The notes under the pieces were generated by a model. The model had not been told where the DNA came from and made no database searches. It saw only the letters and a program-made list of their open reading frames with translations. From an uncultured Lachnospiraceae bacterium (GTDB lineage Bacteria; Bacillota; Clostridia; Lachnospirales; Lachnospiraceae): DNA of 54,392 bases. The position numbers and the translations under genes were made by a program. This document shows positions 16,729-25,670 of the stretch, one piece after another; position 1 is the first letter of the stretch, and the number at the start of each line of letters is the position of its first letter. The stretch covers positions 1 through 54,392 of the forward strand of contig CAKRNW010000001.1 of NCBI GenBank assembly GCA_934371505.1, in the 5' to 3' direction.

Positions 16729-17391
16729 TTATTCCCCGTTCTCCAGTATTCCATCCCTGAGATACAGTCTCGGATAGTCCATGTCCCGAATCGCCTCTCT
16801 GTCATGGGTGGCAATCAGGGTGGTAATTCCCAATCCGTTAATCTGCTCCAGCAGCAGCATGATTTCCCGTGCCTGTTTTGGGTCTAAATTTCCCGTGGGC
16901 TCGTCTGCCAGAATACAGTGGGGATTGCCAACAATGGCTCTGGCAATGCACACCTTCTGCTGTTCCCCGCCGGAAAGACTGGTCACAGGTTTGTAAAAGG
17001 CAGCCTCCATTCCCACAACCCGGAGTGCCATGGTCACCTGGGATAAAATATCCCGTTCCTTTGCTCCTGACACCCTCTTTACAATCGCCACGTTTTCAAA
17101 CACGGTCTGCTCCCGCAGCAGTTTAAAATCCTGAAATACAAAGCCTATTTTCCTGCGGTATGCCGGCACATTACGGTTTTTCAGACTACCGATATTTTGT
17201 CCATTGACCCACACCCTTCCGGTGTCCGCTGTCAGTTCCCGCAACAGCAGCCTCAGCAGGGTGGTTTTCCCCGAACCGCTCTGCCCTAAAATAAAGGTCA
17301 TCTGTCCCGGCAGAATATGAAAGCTCACATGGGACAGGGCGGTTACTCCGGTGTCCGGAAAGGTCTTGGTCACATCCTCAAACTGTATCAT
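16729..17391 (-). CDS. FtsE-like ABC ATPase with no cognate permease in the window
   Basis: Walker A GQSGSGKTT, signature LSGGEQQKV, Walker B ILADEPTGNLD. Its length and layout match FtsE. It sits between the STAS and RsbW-like genes. Confidence 0.7.
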   Translation of the reverse strand: MIQFEDVTKTFPDTGVTALSHVSFHILPGQMTFILGQSGSGKTTLLRLLLRELTADTGRVWVNGQNIGSLKNRNVPAYRRKIGFVFQDFKLLREQTVFENVAIVKRVSGAKERDILSQVTMALRVVGMEAAFYKPVTSLSGGEQQKVCIARAIVGNPHCILADEPTGNLDPKQAREIMLLLEQINGLGITTLIATHDREAIRDMDYPRLYLRDGILENGE

Positions 17392-17412
17392 CTGTCACTC
17401 TATGTACCTTTT

Positions 17413-17712
17413 CTACTCGATTTTCAGAATTTTGCTAAAGCCCGACATTTCAAAAATGTTCATCACCACATCGGACACGTTGGTGAGTTTCATGCTGCCT
17501 CCCTTGGATGCCGCCGTTTTCTGCCCGATAAGCAGGGCGCGGAGTCCCGCACTGGAGATGTAGGGCACATTCAAGAAATCCACCACCACATCACTCTTTT
17601 TCTGAAAGGCATTGAGAATCGCCTGCTGGAGCTGGGGACTGGTGTTGGTGTCCACTCTGCCCTCCACTAAAAGTCTCATATAAGTTTCACAATCTGTTGC
17701 GATTACGTTCAT
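17413..17712 (-). CDS. STAS-domain anti-anti-sigma factor (RsbV/SpoIIAA-like)
   Basis: 99 aa. VDFLNVPYISSAGLRALL contains the conserved phosphorylatable Ser. The start overlaps the upstream phosphatase stop (ATGA). Confidence 0.8.
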   Translation of the reverse strand: MNVIATDCETYMRLLVEGRVDTNTSPQLQQAILNAFQKKSDVVVDFLNVPYISSAGLRALLIGQKTAASKGGSMKLTNVSDVVMNIFEMSGFSKILKIE

Positions 17713-19832
17713 TTTCTTTCCCTCTCTTTTTGTATTCTTACTTCAAATGAAAGCATGGTCAGGTCATCGAATTGAGATGCCTTGCCCACAAATTCATCAA
17801 TTTCTTTCTTTACCTCGTTCAAAGTCTCCTTTGGCGTCATGTCTACACATTGATTCAGTGCTGTGAGCATGCGTTCCTCCCCAAACAACTCTTCCTTCCC
17901 ATTGGTTGCCTCCGGAACGCCATCTGTATACAAGAACAGTTTGTCTCCAGGATACAGAGTGATTTCATGCTGGGTATATGGCATGCCCTCCATTCCACCG
18001 ACTACAAAGTCATGACTTTCCCGGATCAGTTCATAGTTTCTGCCGGCACGCATCAATGCCGGGCATTCGTGCCCTGCATTCGCATAAACCAGTCTGCCGG
18101 TACGAAACTCATAGATGCCAAGCCATACTGTGACAAACATGTCTGCCTCATTGTTCTCACACAGCTGATTATTGACTCGTTCCAGTACCACAGCCGGCTC
18201 TTCTCCCAGCTGCGCACGGTTTTTAATCAGTGTCTTTGCAATGACCATAAACAAGGCTGCAGGTACTCCTTTTCCAGAAACATCTGCCATTACCAGTGCC
18301 AGATGCTCTTTTCCTACCAGGAAGAAATCATAGAAATCTCCTCCTACCTCCTTCGCCGGATTCATTGCTGCATAAATGTCAATTTCCTGACGTTCCGGGA
18401 ATGCAGGGAAAATGCAGGGAAGCATGCTTGCCTGGATATTGTTTGCCACATTCAGCTCCGCCCCAATTCTCTCCTTCTCTGCAGTTACCTCCGATAAATT
18501 TTTAATGTATGACTGTAAATCTGAAAGCATTTCATTAAAGGTCTGTGCCAGTTCTCCCACTTCATCACCGGATTCCACCTTCATCCTCACATCCAGATTT
18601 CCATGTCCAATCTTTTCCACATTCTGTGCCAGTTCCTGGATTGGTCTGGTAATTGTTCCCGCAACCGTAAAGGAAATCATAATGACAATCATTCCAACCA
18701 ATGCAAAGAAGATGATAAACCGTATCATTACATTGGAAAGCGTCTTGCTTACCATTTGCTGGGCATCTGCTGTAATGCCATCAATTTCCTGTTTGGTAGC
18801 CACCGAAGGTGCAATGATTTCATTCACATCAATACTGATACACAGTTTCCATCCGGTTTCCTCCAATGTTGCATATGCAAGGTAACAGTCTACACCATCT
18901 ACCTGTGCCTGTACCACTCCGGTATCCTGATTCCTGATTTCCTCCAGAATTGCCTGATTTTCACCAATATGGCTGCTGAGTGTCTGTTCAAAGCCATCCT
19001 TTACAAAATCGGGGTGCGCCAGATACGCAAGCCTGTCATCCAGTACAAAGGCATAACCGCTCTCTCCAATCTTGGTTGCCACAATCTCATTCAACATGTC
19101 CTGGATGGTAATATCCATGGCTACAACACCTTTCATCGTTCCATCCTCCCCTGTGAAACTCCTGGCACAGGTCACGCAGAGTTTTCCGTAGTAATCCTGA
19201 TAGGTATCCATCCAGATGGAGTCTGATGCCTCGGATGCCTCAAGATACCAATCTCTCTTTCTGGGATCATAATCCGGATTGTAAAGGTTTGACCTGGAAT
19301 ACCGGTAGTAAATACCTTCTCTGGTTCCCAGATAGATATTATCCATCATGGGATTGTGTTCCAGTTCCGGTGCAAACAAAAGTTCACAATTGGATAATAA
19401 CCTGACTTCCTGCTGCAGTCTGGATGTGTCCTCCACTCCCGGCGCAAGCATATATTTGGAACATGCTGTACCATCTTCTGTCTCATAAGGAAACGGCAGG
19501 GAATGTCCTGTAAATTCATCCTCCTTTTCATACAATCCGCTGATATATCCAGCTGCACAGTCAATGGCATTGCGTATCCGTCTCAGCTTTTCATTCGAAA
19601 TCTGTGCCTGTTTCTGGGCTATTTTTCCAAGACTGTCTTCCATCTGCTCCTGCAATGCCTGCTTGCTGTCCTCTGAAGCCGTATTTCCCAGCGTGGTGTT
19701 TACTCTCTGAAATTCATTGGTAAGTTTCATCATCTGCAGATAAGAATTGACAGAAATAATCAACAATGTCCCCAGTGACATCAGGAGAATAACCAGTAAA
19801 ATTTTAATTCCAATCTTCATGTTTTTAAACAT
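17709..19832 (-). CDS. Membrane sensor PP2C/SpoIIE-family Ser phosphatase with Cache-like and HAMP domains (RsbU-like), copy 1
   Basis: TM, then a Cache-like segment (DYDPRKRDWYLEA...GVVAMDITIQDM), TM, HAMP, then PP2C motifs GGDFYDF, MADVSGKGVPAALFM and YTDGVPEA. ATG 19832 follows GGTGGAG. Confidence 0.8.
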   Translation of the reverse strand: MFKNMKIGIKILLVILLMSLGTLLIISVNSYLQMMKLTNEFQRVNTTLGNTASEDSKQALQEQMEDSLGKIAQKQAQISNEKLRRIRNAIDCAAGYISGLYEKEDEFTGHSLPFPYETEDGTACSKYMLAPGVEDTSRLQQEVRLLSNCELLFAPELEHNPMMDNIYLGTREGIYYRYSRSNLYNPDYDPRKRDWYLEASEASDSIWMDTYQDYYGKLCVTCARSFTGEDGTMKGVVAMDITIQDMLNEIVATKIGESGYAFVLDDRLAYLAHPDFVKDGFEQTLSSHIGENQAILEEIRNQDTGVVQAQVDGVDCYLAYATLEETGWKLCISIDVNEIIAPSVATKQEIDGITADAQQMVSKTLSNVMIRFIIFFALVGMIVIMISFTVAGTITRPIQELAQNVEKIGHGNLDVRMKVESGDEVGELAQTFNEMLSDLQSYIKNLSEVTAEKERIGAELNVANNIQASMLPCIFPAFPERQEIDIYAAMNPAKEVGGDFYDFFLVGKEHLALVMADVSGKGVPAALFMVIAKTLIKNRAQLGEEPAVVLERVNNQLCENNEADMFVTVWLGIYEFRTGRLVYANAGHECPALMRAGRNYELIRESHDFVVGGMEGMPYTQHEITLYPGDKLFLYTDGVPEATNGKEELFGEERMLTALNQCVDMTPKETLNEVKKEIDEFVGKASQFDDLTMLSFEVRIQKERERK

Positions 19833-20781
19833 TGTTTGTCGCTCCACCTTCTTTCGTTCTTTCCCATGCGGAAAGCAAAATCCCTTCTATCAATTCCTGA
19901 TAGGACATCCCTGCTGCTTTTGCCTCCCCCGGAAACAGACTTCGCGGTTTTAATCCTGGCACTGCATTGATTTCCAGTACATAGGGAAGCTTATCCTCTT
20001 CGGATACCATGAAATCAACTCTCGCCATGTCCTCTGCCCCAGTGACCCCAAATGCCTGTTTTGCCAGTTCTTCCATTTGTAACCGTGTTTCCTTTGGCAA
20101 TTTGCTTTCTCTTACCGCGTAATCTCCGGTAAACACTTTCAGTTTCCCCGGTTCATCGATGTCTTTCCCATCTTGTCTTTCCACACCACGCACACAGGGA
20201 AGCGTGAATACCTTTCCCTTTCGTTTCAGAATACCAATGGTATAAAAGGAACCCGGGACAAAAGCTTCTATCAAAATGGGAGATTCGTAAGAAAATACCT
20301 CTTCCAGTCTGGGCAGCTCCTCTTTGTTTTGAACCAATGCGATACCAAAACTTCCTCCTTCTGACGGTGCTTTCGCGACAAAAGGATATCCGAAGGCATC
20401 TGCATCAAAATTTCCATTTCTGAAATCTTCCCTGGTCAAAATCTGCCATTTGGGTGTACGGATACCACAACGGTCAAAGTAAAGCTTACACAGTATTTTG
20501 TCATTGATGATTGCCGCAGCATGAGAACCACTTCCGGTAAATGGAATTCCCTCCTGTTCCAGAATCGCCTGTATCGTCCCGTCACCATGTCCCTTTCCCT
20601 GCACACAGACATACACGATATCCGTGTGCAATGCCCGCAATGTTCCAACCAGATTCTTTTCATAAGGCACCAAATGTGTCTCGTAGCCACATTCTCTTAA
20701 TGCCTCTCTTATGTAATGTGCATTTTCTGTAGACATATCCTTTTCACTGGAATAGCCTCCATAGACAATTGATACTATCAC
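19825..20781 (-). CDS. D-Ala-D-Ala ligase-family ATP-grasp enzyme (divergent paralogue)
   Basis: VYGGYSSEKDMS..., GKGHGDGTIQAILEQEGIPFTGSG, DKILCK, PFVAKAPSEGGSFG and EINAVPGL follow the Ddl motif order. The GTG start overlaps the MFS stop (GTGA). Confidence 0.7.
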   Translation of the reverse strand: MIVSIVYGGYSSEKDMSTENAHYIREALRECGYETHLVPYEKNLVGTLRALHTDIVYVCVQGKGHGDGTIQAILEQEGIPFTGSGSHAAAIINDKILCKLYFDRCGIRTPKWQILTREDFRNGNFDADAFGYPFVAKAPSEGGSFGIALVQNKEELPRLEEVFSYESPILIEAFVPGSFYTIGILKRKGKVFTLPCVRGVERQDGKDIDEPGKLKVFTGDYAVRESKLPKETRLQMEELAKQAFGVTGAEDMARVDFMVSEEDKLPYVLEINAVPGLKPRSLFPGEAKAAGMSYQELIEGILLSAWERTKEGGATNNV

Positions 20782-22463
20782 CTTGCAAAATACTCCCCTT
20801 TCTTTTTTTTATAAACGATCTGTGTCAGGAAAAACATGGCAAGTGCCGCGATAAACACACCTCCTAATAACTGTACACCACGTTCAAATCCCAGTGTGAT
20901 TACCAGTGCAAACATGGTTGGTCCCAGCATCTCTGTAATTTTTTTCAGGAGACTTAGATAAGACAGAGATTTACTGCCCCCCATGTTCTTTACCGGGGGT
21001 AATGCCAGAAAATAATTATTCTGTACACTGAACCCAAAACTGTCAGCAACCGCAAGGCAAAGCACTGCAATAATTGCCATCGTCATCCCGCCAAATCCCC
21101 CAACGATTAACAACCCTGCTGAAAAAAGCAAATTGTATACATAGTTGGAAATGAGCAGATTTTTGTCCCGCTCAATGATCATTCTGGAAAGTCTGGGACC
21201 TATATAGACGATAACAACACCGTACAAAAGCTGTGCTCGTCCCACATCGGCAACACCTCTTCCCATACTCTCAAAATAAAGCGGCAGAAAATACCCCAGA
21301 TAGGAAGCTACGATGCAGGAGGGCGCAATCATAAAAACGGAGAAACTGATTACCTGCAGTTTTTCCCATATAGAAAAACTTACATGTTCCTTTTCTTCCG
21401 GTAATGCTTCCTCCCTTCTTGGCAATACTGCATTCTCCATACGGATAATCACACCACTGCACAGAAGCGTCAATGCCGCTGCAATGAAAAACACATTCTG
21501 ATAACCAAACTTTTCTGCCAGGATGGCTCCTAAAGAAGATCCGCAATTCATTCCTGCATACAAGCCTGCATTCAACATGGAAAAGCCCCATGCCTGCTCG
21601 CTGTCATTTTTTCCAAACAATGCAAGGTTGCGAAGTGTCATCCAGCAGAACCCGTATCCCAGACCAACCACCGCCCTTGCACCGATAAAAACAATGAGTG
21701 TCGGTGAGACCGCTGAAAGAAAGGTTCCAAATGCCACCAGGAGCAGTCCAATTCCAAATGGCAGTTTCCAGCCTTTGCGAGTGAGAATTTCTGTCGTGAT
21801 AAGAATTGCCGCACAGGTAAGCAGGGTCTCTGTAGACTGTGGAAGTGCTGCCGCTGCATTCGTACTCATGCCAAAAACCGTCTCTCCGAAGTTCTTAGCC
21901 ATAATGGGAATAAATGCCGCTGACAGTCTTGATGCAAAATAGAATAAAAAGGCAATCTGGCGTACATAAGAAAGTGCAGTGGGCTGTAATGTACGTTCCT
22001 GTTTGCGCTCAGTTGTCAGCTTAATCATCAGCCATACCATTTCTACAGAAAAGAATACAGAAATGACCAGTGTAGTCAGCAGTTCCACTGACGTGTTCAT
22101 CAGCTCCCCACGGATTACGCTTTCCTCCAAGTGCTGATTATATAGTTCAAAGCGAAGATATTGTTCTTTCTGAAAGTATGCAGCAAAAGCAAATGCAAGT
22201 TGGATAATAACCAGTACTGCAATCAGCATTGCCATGATATTTCCGCTTTCAATGTGTCCCCGTATATGAAAGACGGGTCCTTTCCAGAAAAAGAAGAAAA
22301 GGGAAATAATCGCACTTCCTCCCAAAATCATGATGCAAAGCCCGAGCATATGCTGTAACTGTCTGGAGTCGCTGCTATTCAATATCCACAAAAAAACCAT
22401 CGTCAATGCTATCGTAAGTGACGATCCTATAAACAATGACCATCTGATTCTCTTTTGTTCCAA
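20778..22463 (-). CDS. Polytopic membrane transporter, MFS-like
   Basis: More than 12 hydrophobic helices, with ARAVVGLGYGF-type MFS segments. A TTG start at 22463 follows AAGGGGAG and clears the upstream stop at 22477. Confidence 0.5.
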   Translation of the reverse strand: MEQKRIRWSLFIGSSLTIALTMVFLWILNSSDSRQLQHMLGLCIMILGGSAIISLFFFFWKGPVFHIRGHIESGNIMAMLIAVLVIIQLAFAFAAYFQKEQYLRFELYNQHLEESVIRGELMNTSVELLTTLVISVFFSVEMVWLMIKLTTERKQERTLQPTALSYVRQIAFLFYFASRLSAAFIPIMAKNFGETVFGMSTNAAAALPQSTETLLTCAAILITTEILTRKGWKLPFGIGLLLVAFGTFLSAVSPTLIVFIGARAVVGLGYGFCWMTLRNLALFGKNDSEQAWGFSMLNAGLYAGMNCGSSLGAILAEKFGYQNVFFIAAALTLLCSGVIIRMENAVLPRREEALPEEKEHVSFSIWEKLQVISFSVFMIAPSCIVASYLGYFLPLYFESMGRGVADVGRAQLLYGVVIVYIGPRLSRMIIERDKNLLISNYVYNLLFSAGLLIVGGFGGMTMAIIAVLCLAVADSFGFSVQNNYFLALPPVKNMGGSKSLSYLSLLKKITEMLGPTMFALVITLGFERGVQLLGGVFIAALAMFFLTQIVYKKKKGEYFAR

Positions 22464-22476
22464 AATTACTCTCCCC

Positions 22477-23547
22477 TTATTGTAACACAATGGTTCCGTC
22501 TGCAATCTGTGCCACGTCCAGGACACCCTCCTCCTGGGTGAAGGTCACTGCATTTTCATCCAGGTAGCTATGCTCATCCAGCACACCGGCAGGCTCTAAA
22601 AATACCATATGCAGACGGCTGCGCAAAGGCTTAAACTGCCCAAGCAGATGTAAAAGCTGCTCCTTTTTCTTTTCCTCTACATAATTCTTAAGAAACAGAG
22701 AGACATCGTAGGGGCTGTCCCCGTAAAGCGCATCGTACTGAGCCCGCTGGTCTCTGCGGATATATCGCTGCATCTGGCTGCGCTCTGCGATGATGGGCGT
22801 CTCTCCCAGCAGAATGTTACAGATGCGCTCCACGCAGTATTTCGTGCCCTTCCTCCGCAGAAGCTCCGGTGCCTCCTTTAATAAAGCCCGCAGGGTTTCC
22901 TCTCCCAGATAGCCGCCGTTGACATCAATGCCCATCCACCGGGCATAAACCTCCAGCAGCTCCATGGGAGCTTTTTCTATGGGCAGCAGTTCTCCCCGGC
23001 TGTCCAGTTTTTCCTGAAAGTCGTTATACAGGCTGGAATAAATGGAAAGGTACCGGTGGAAAAAGCTGTTCTTCTCCCGGTAAACCTCCGGGAAGGTCTG
23101 CATGAAGTTATCTCCCGGTGCCTCCACCTGGATATTCCAAAGGGCTGCCTTTTCTCCCAGAACTTCCACCACAATCCAGAGAAAGCGCCCTGTAATTTCA
23201 TATAAAAGCACATCCGGCTTGTTGATAAACTGCAGTCCACCTAAGGACTGTAAAAGATGCTTTTTTTCCAGAAGGGACACCGACGCATCCAGCATCATTT
23301 CCTGCCCTGTTCTGGCATTGCACGATGCCACATACAGATAGCAGACACTGTTTTCCTCCAGTGCCAGTTCAAAATGGAGCCGCCCCCAGGGGCAGTCCTC
23401 CACACCACTGTCCAACAGGGGCAGTACCAGATAGCTGCTGTCCGCTGTTTCTTCTGTATGTACACTGCCATCCGCCTCCAGTTTCATTCCCTGAAACAGT
23501 GCCTTGTTTAAGCGGTTCTGCCTGATTGTATACTTGATTCCTGCCAT
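22477..23547 (-). CDS. Baseplate protein with a P2 gpI-like (TIGR02242-type) phage tail domain
   Basis: LLEVYARWMGIDVNGGYLGEETLRALLKEAPELLRRKGTKYCVERICNILLG matches the pattern L..WLg.....W.e...R.li..a..l...RGT. It is the last gene of the contiguous CIS block. Confidence 0.5.
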   Translation of the reverse strand: MAGIKYTIRQNRLNKALFQGMKLEADGSVHTEETADSSYLVLPLLDSGVEDCPWGRLHFELALEENSVCYLYVASCNARTGQEMMLDASVSLLEKKHLLQSLGGLQFINKPDVLLYEITGRFLWIVVEVLGEKAALWNIQVEAPGDNFMQTFPEVYREKNSFFHRYLSIYSSLYNDFQEKLDSRGELLPIEKAPMELLEVYARWMGIDVNGGYLGEETLRALLKEAPELLRRKGTKYCVERICNILLGETPIIAERSQMQRYIRRDQRAQYDALYGDSPYDVSLFLKNYVEEKKKEQLLHLLGQFKPLRSRLHMVFLEPAGVLDEHSYLDENAVTFTQEEGVLDVAQIADGTIVLQ

Positions 23548-23556
23548 TGTTATCTC

Positions 23557-25662
23557 CTATCGCCCGTACTCCACCAGAGGCTGGATTTCCAGCTTGATCT
23601 TCCCCGGATAGAGTAGACAGTTCTCGTCCGGACGGATATCGGCTCCTTCCGAAACTGCGTAGGTGCCGCCCTCGGCTGCCACGCCGAATTCCGAAAGATA
23701 CGCCACACATTCCAGTGCCTCCACCGCATGAAACAATCTGTCAAAACGAAGTACCGTTCCGAAGTTCTGTTCCCCGTGGATATAGTCCAATTCCCGCCGG
23801 ATGACCCGTTCAATCTGTTCCCGACAGTTTTCATAATGGGGTTTGACATAAATCGTCCCGGTGGTCATCACTGCCTGGTAAACCGGCTGCCGGATACAGA
23901 TCCGGGTGGATAACAGCCGTCTGTCCTCCAGCCAGTTTTCAATTTCCCTTTGGTAAATCCGGGACAGCTTGGGGAATTTGTCCGGCATTCCCGGAAGTAC
24001 CGCAATCTGTACCTCATTTTTCTCCCTATCCATCCAGGCCTTCACCTTGGCGATGCAAAGTCCCGGCACCCGGTACACCAGCGCCTCGTAGTCCTTTTCC
24101 AGAACAGCGGTATGGGGGGTGTTCATATCTGCGATAAACCGTTTCCGTACATCCTCCAGCGTTTCCTGAAACCGTCCGCCAATTCCTGCCACGGGATTCG
24201 TGAACCGGATGGAATCCTCATAGCCTTCGGGAATAAAGGTATTGCCAGCCCTCACATTGCCTTCCTCCCCCAGAGTCACTGCAATAGATGCCAGATATAG
24301 TTTTGCTCCCACATAGTCCCCGGCATCTAAAATGACAATCTTTCCCTCGTTCTCATAGAGGTAATAGGACAGTTCCTGTTCTCCCAATTTCCCCGGCTTT
24401 ACGAAGTCGTAAATTTTGCCGCCATCCTCTGCATCCCTCTCTGCAATGAGGGAAAAGGTGTCGGTGACCACATGCTGTCTGGGCAGTGCAATCTCCTGGT
24501 TATCATAACCGTAAATCTCTCCCAGATAATATTTCCGCATCATTTCTTCGTTGTAGAGAACAATCTTCACCGGGTTTTTCACATGCTCCGGTGCAAAGTC
24601 GAAACGCTGCCTGTCAAAGACAAAGGTGTGTTCTCCATAGCTGTTACGTTTACGCAGATACATCCGTCCCCGCTCCGGCTCTCCCCCACACTCCTGATAC
24701 AGCCGATAGGAGGTTCCCTTCTGCTCCTTGCAGAATACCCGCACATAGCCGGTTTCCAGCATGGTGCAGTTTAAGGTCACCTCGCTTGTCTTTTGGAAGG
24801 TATGGGTAATTACCAGTGTCTCTTTCTGAATCACCGGGAACAAAAATCCCGTCATATGTAGAAGTACCGGGGCTATGTCATACTCTGCCCTGCGCAGCAC
24901 CACCCGCCACACATAGCCGGAAATTCCATCCTGTTCGTACCGCTCCATGGGCTGCTGTGGCAGTGTCACCCGAATCAGTCCATTGGTGAGAAAGCCGTTG
25001 GTATCATCCTCCACCTCCATGGGGACAAAGCCTGCTGAAGTAAAGCAGCTCCATTCCAGTTCTGAGAATAGCTGGCTGTTATTCTCTGCAAAAGGATTTC
25101 GTCTGTACCGTTCTGCCACACTGACATGGAAGATGCCCTGCTCTCCCGGCTGTAAGGATTTGTCCAGAAGGAGATATAGCTCCATCCCAGCCCTGGGCGT
25201 CTCTCCGAAAACAAATGCCTGCAAATCAATCTCCCGGTTTAACACATAACCAAAATCTTGAAGTCCTTCCTCCAGCCTTCCGTAAACACCCACAATCCGG
25301 CTGGCTGTCATTTTCCGCTCCAGGGTGGTTTCAAAACTGATGTTTCCCACATAAAACCGCTGGTCTGCGGGAATCAGAAAATCTTCCAATGCGTTGCGGG
25401 GTTCCAGATAAGCCTTTGCCCCGTTTCCCTTTCCGGGACGGTACCCCATAAGCTGTAACAGCTTTTCCCGGACAATGTCCGGCATCTCATCCATCTGGTT
25501 CTGCTGCAGAATCTGAAATGCCGACAGATTTTCCAGAATGGTGATTCCGGGGTCTGCAGGGTTATAGTTCGTCCATTCCTCTGAATAAAGGGGAATCTTT
25601 CCAATATTCTCATCCATGAGCTGTTCATGGTTCTTTTGTGGAATGTTCTTGGGATTTAACAT
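23557..25662 (-). CDS. Baseplate wedge protein, gpJ/gp6 (gp47)-like
   Basis: The N-terminal EEWTNYNPADPGITILENLSAFQ is typical of Baseplate_J-like proteins. 701 aa. Confidence 0.6.
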   Translation of the reverse strand: MLNPKNIPQKNHEQLMDENIGKIPLYSEEWTNYNPADPGITILENLSAFQILQQNQMDEMPDIVREKLLQLMGYRPGKGNGAKAYLEPRNALEDFLIPADQRFYVGNISFETTLERKMTASRIVGVYGRLEEGLQDFGYVLNREIDLQAFVFGETPRAGMELYLLLDKSLQPGEQGIFHVSVAERYRRNPFAENNSQLFSELEWSCFTSAGFVPMEVEDDTNGFLTNGLIRVTLPQQPMERYEQDGISGYVWRVVLRRAEYDIAPVLLHMTGFLFPVIQKETLVITHTFQKTSEVTLNCTMLETGYVRVFCKEQKGTSYRLYQECGGEPERGRMYLRKRNSYGEHTFVFDRQRFDFAPEHVKNPVKIVLYNEEMMRKYYLGEIYGYDNQEIALPRQHVVTDTFSLIAERDAEDGGKIYDFVKPGKLGEQELSYYLYENEGKIVILDAGDYVGAKLYLASIAVTLGEEGNVRAGNTFIPEGYEDSIRFTNPVAGIGGRFQETLEDVRKRFIADMNTPHTAVLEKDYEALVYRVPGLCIAKVKAWMDREKNEVQIAVLPGMPDKFPKLSRIYQREIENWLEDRRLLSTRICIRQPVYQAVMTTGTIYVKPHYENCREQIERVIRRELDYIHGEQNFGTVLRFDRLFHAVEALECVAYLSEFGVAAEGGTYAVSEGADIRPDENCLLYPGKIKLEIQPLVEYGR

Positions 25663-25670
25663 ATACTCTC

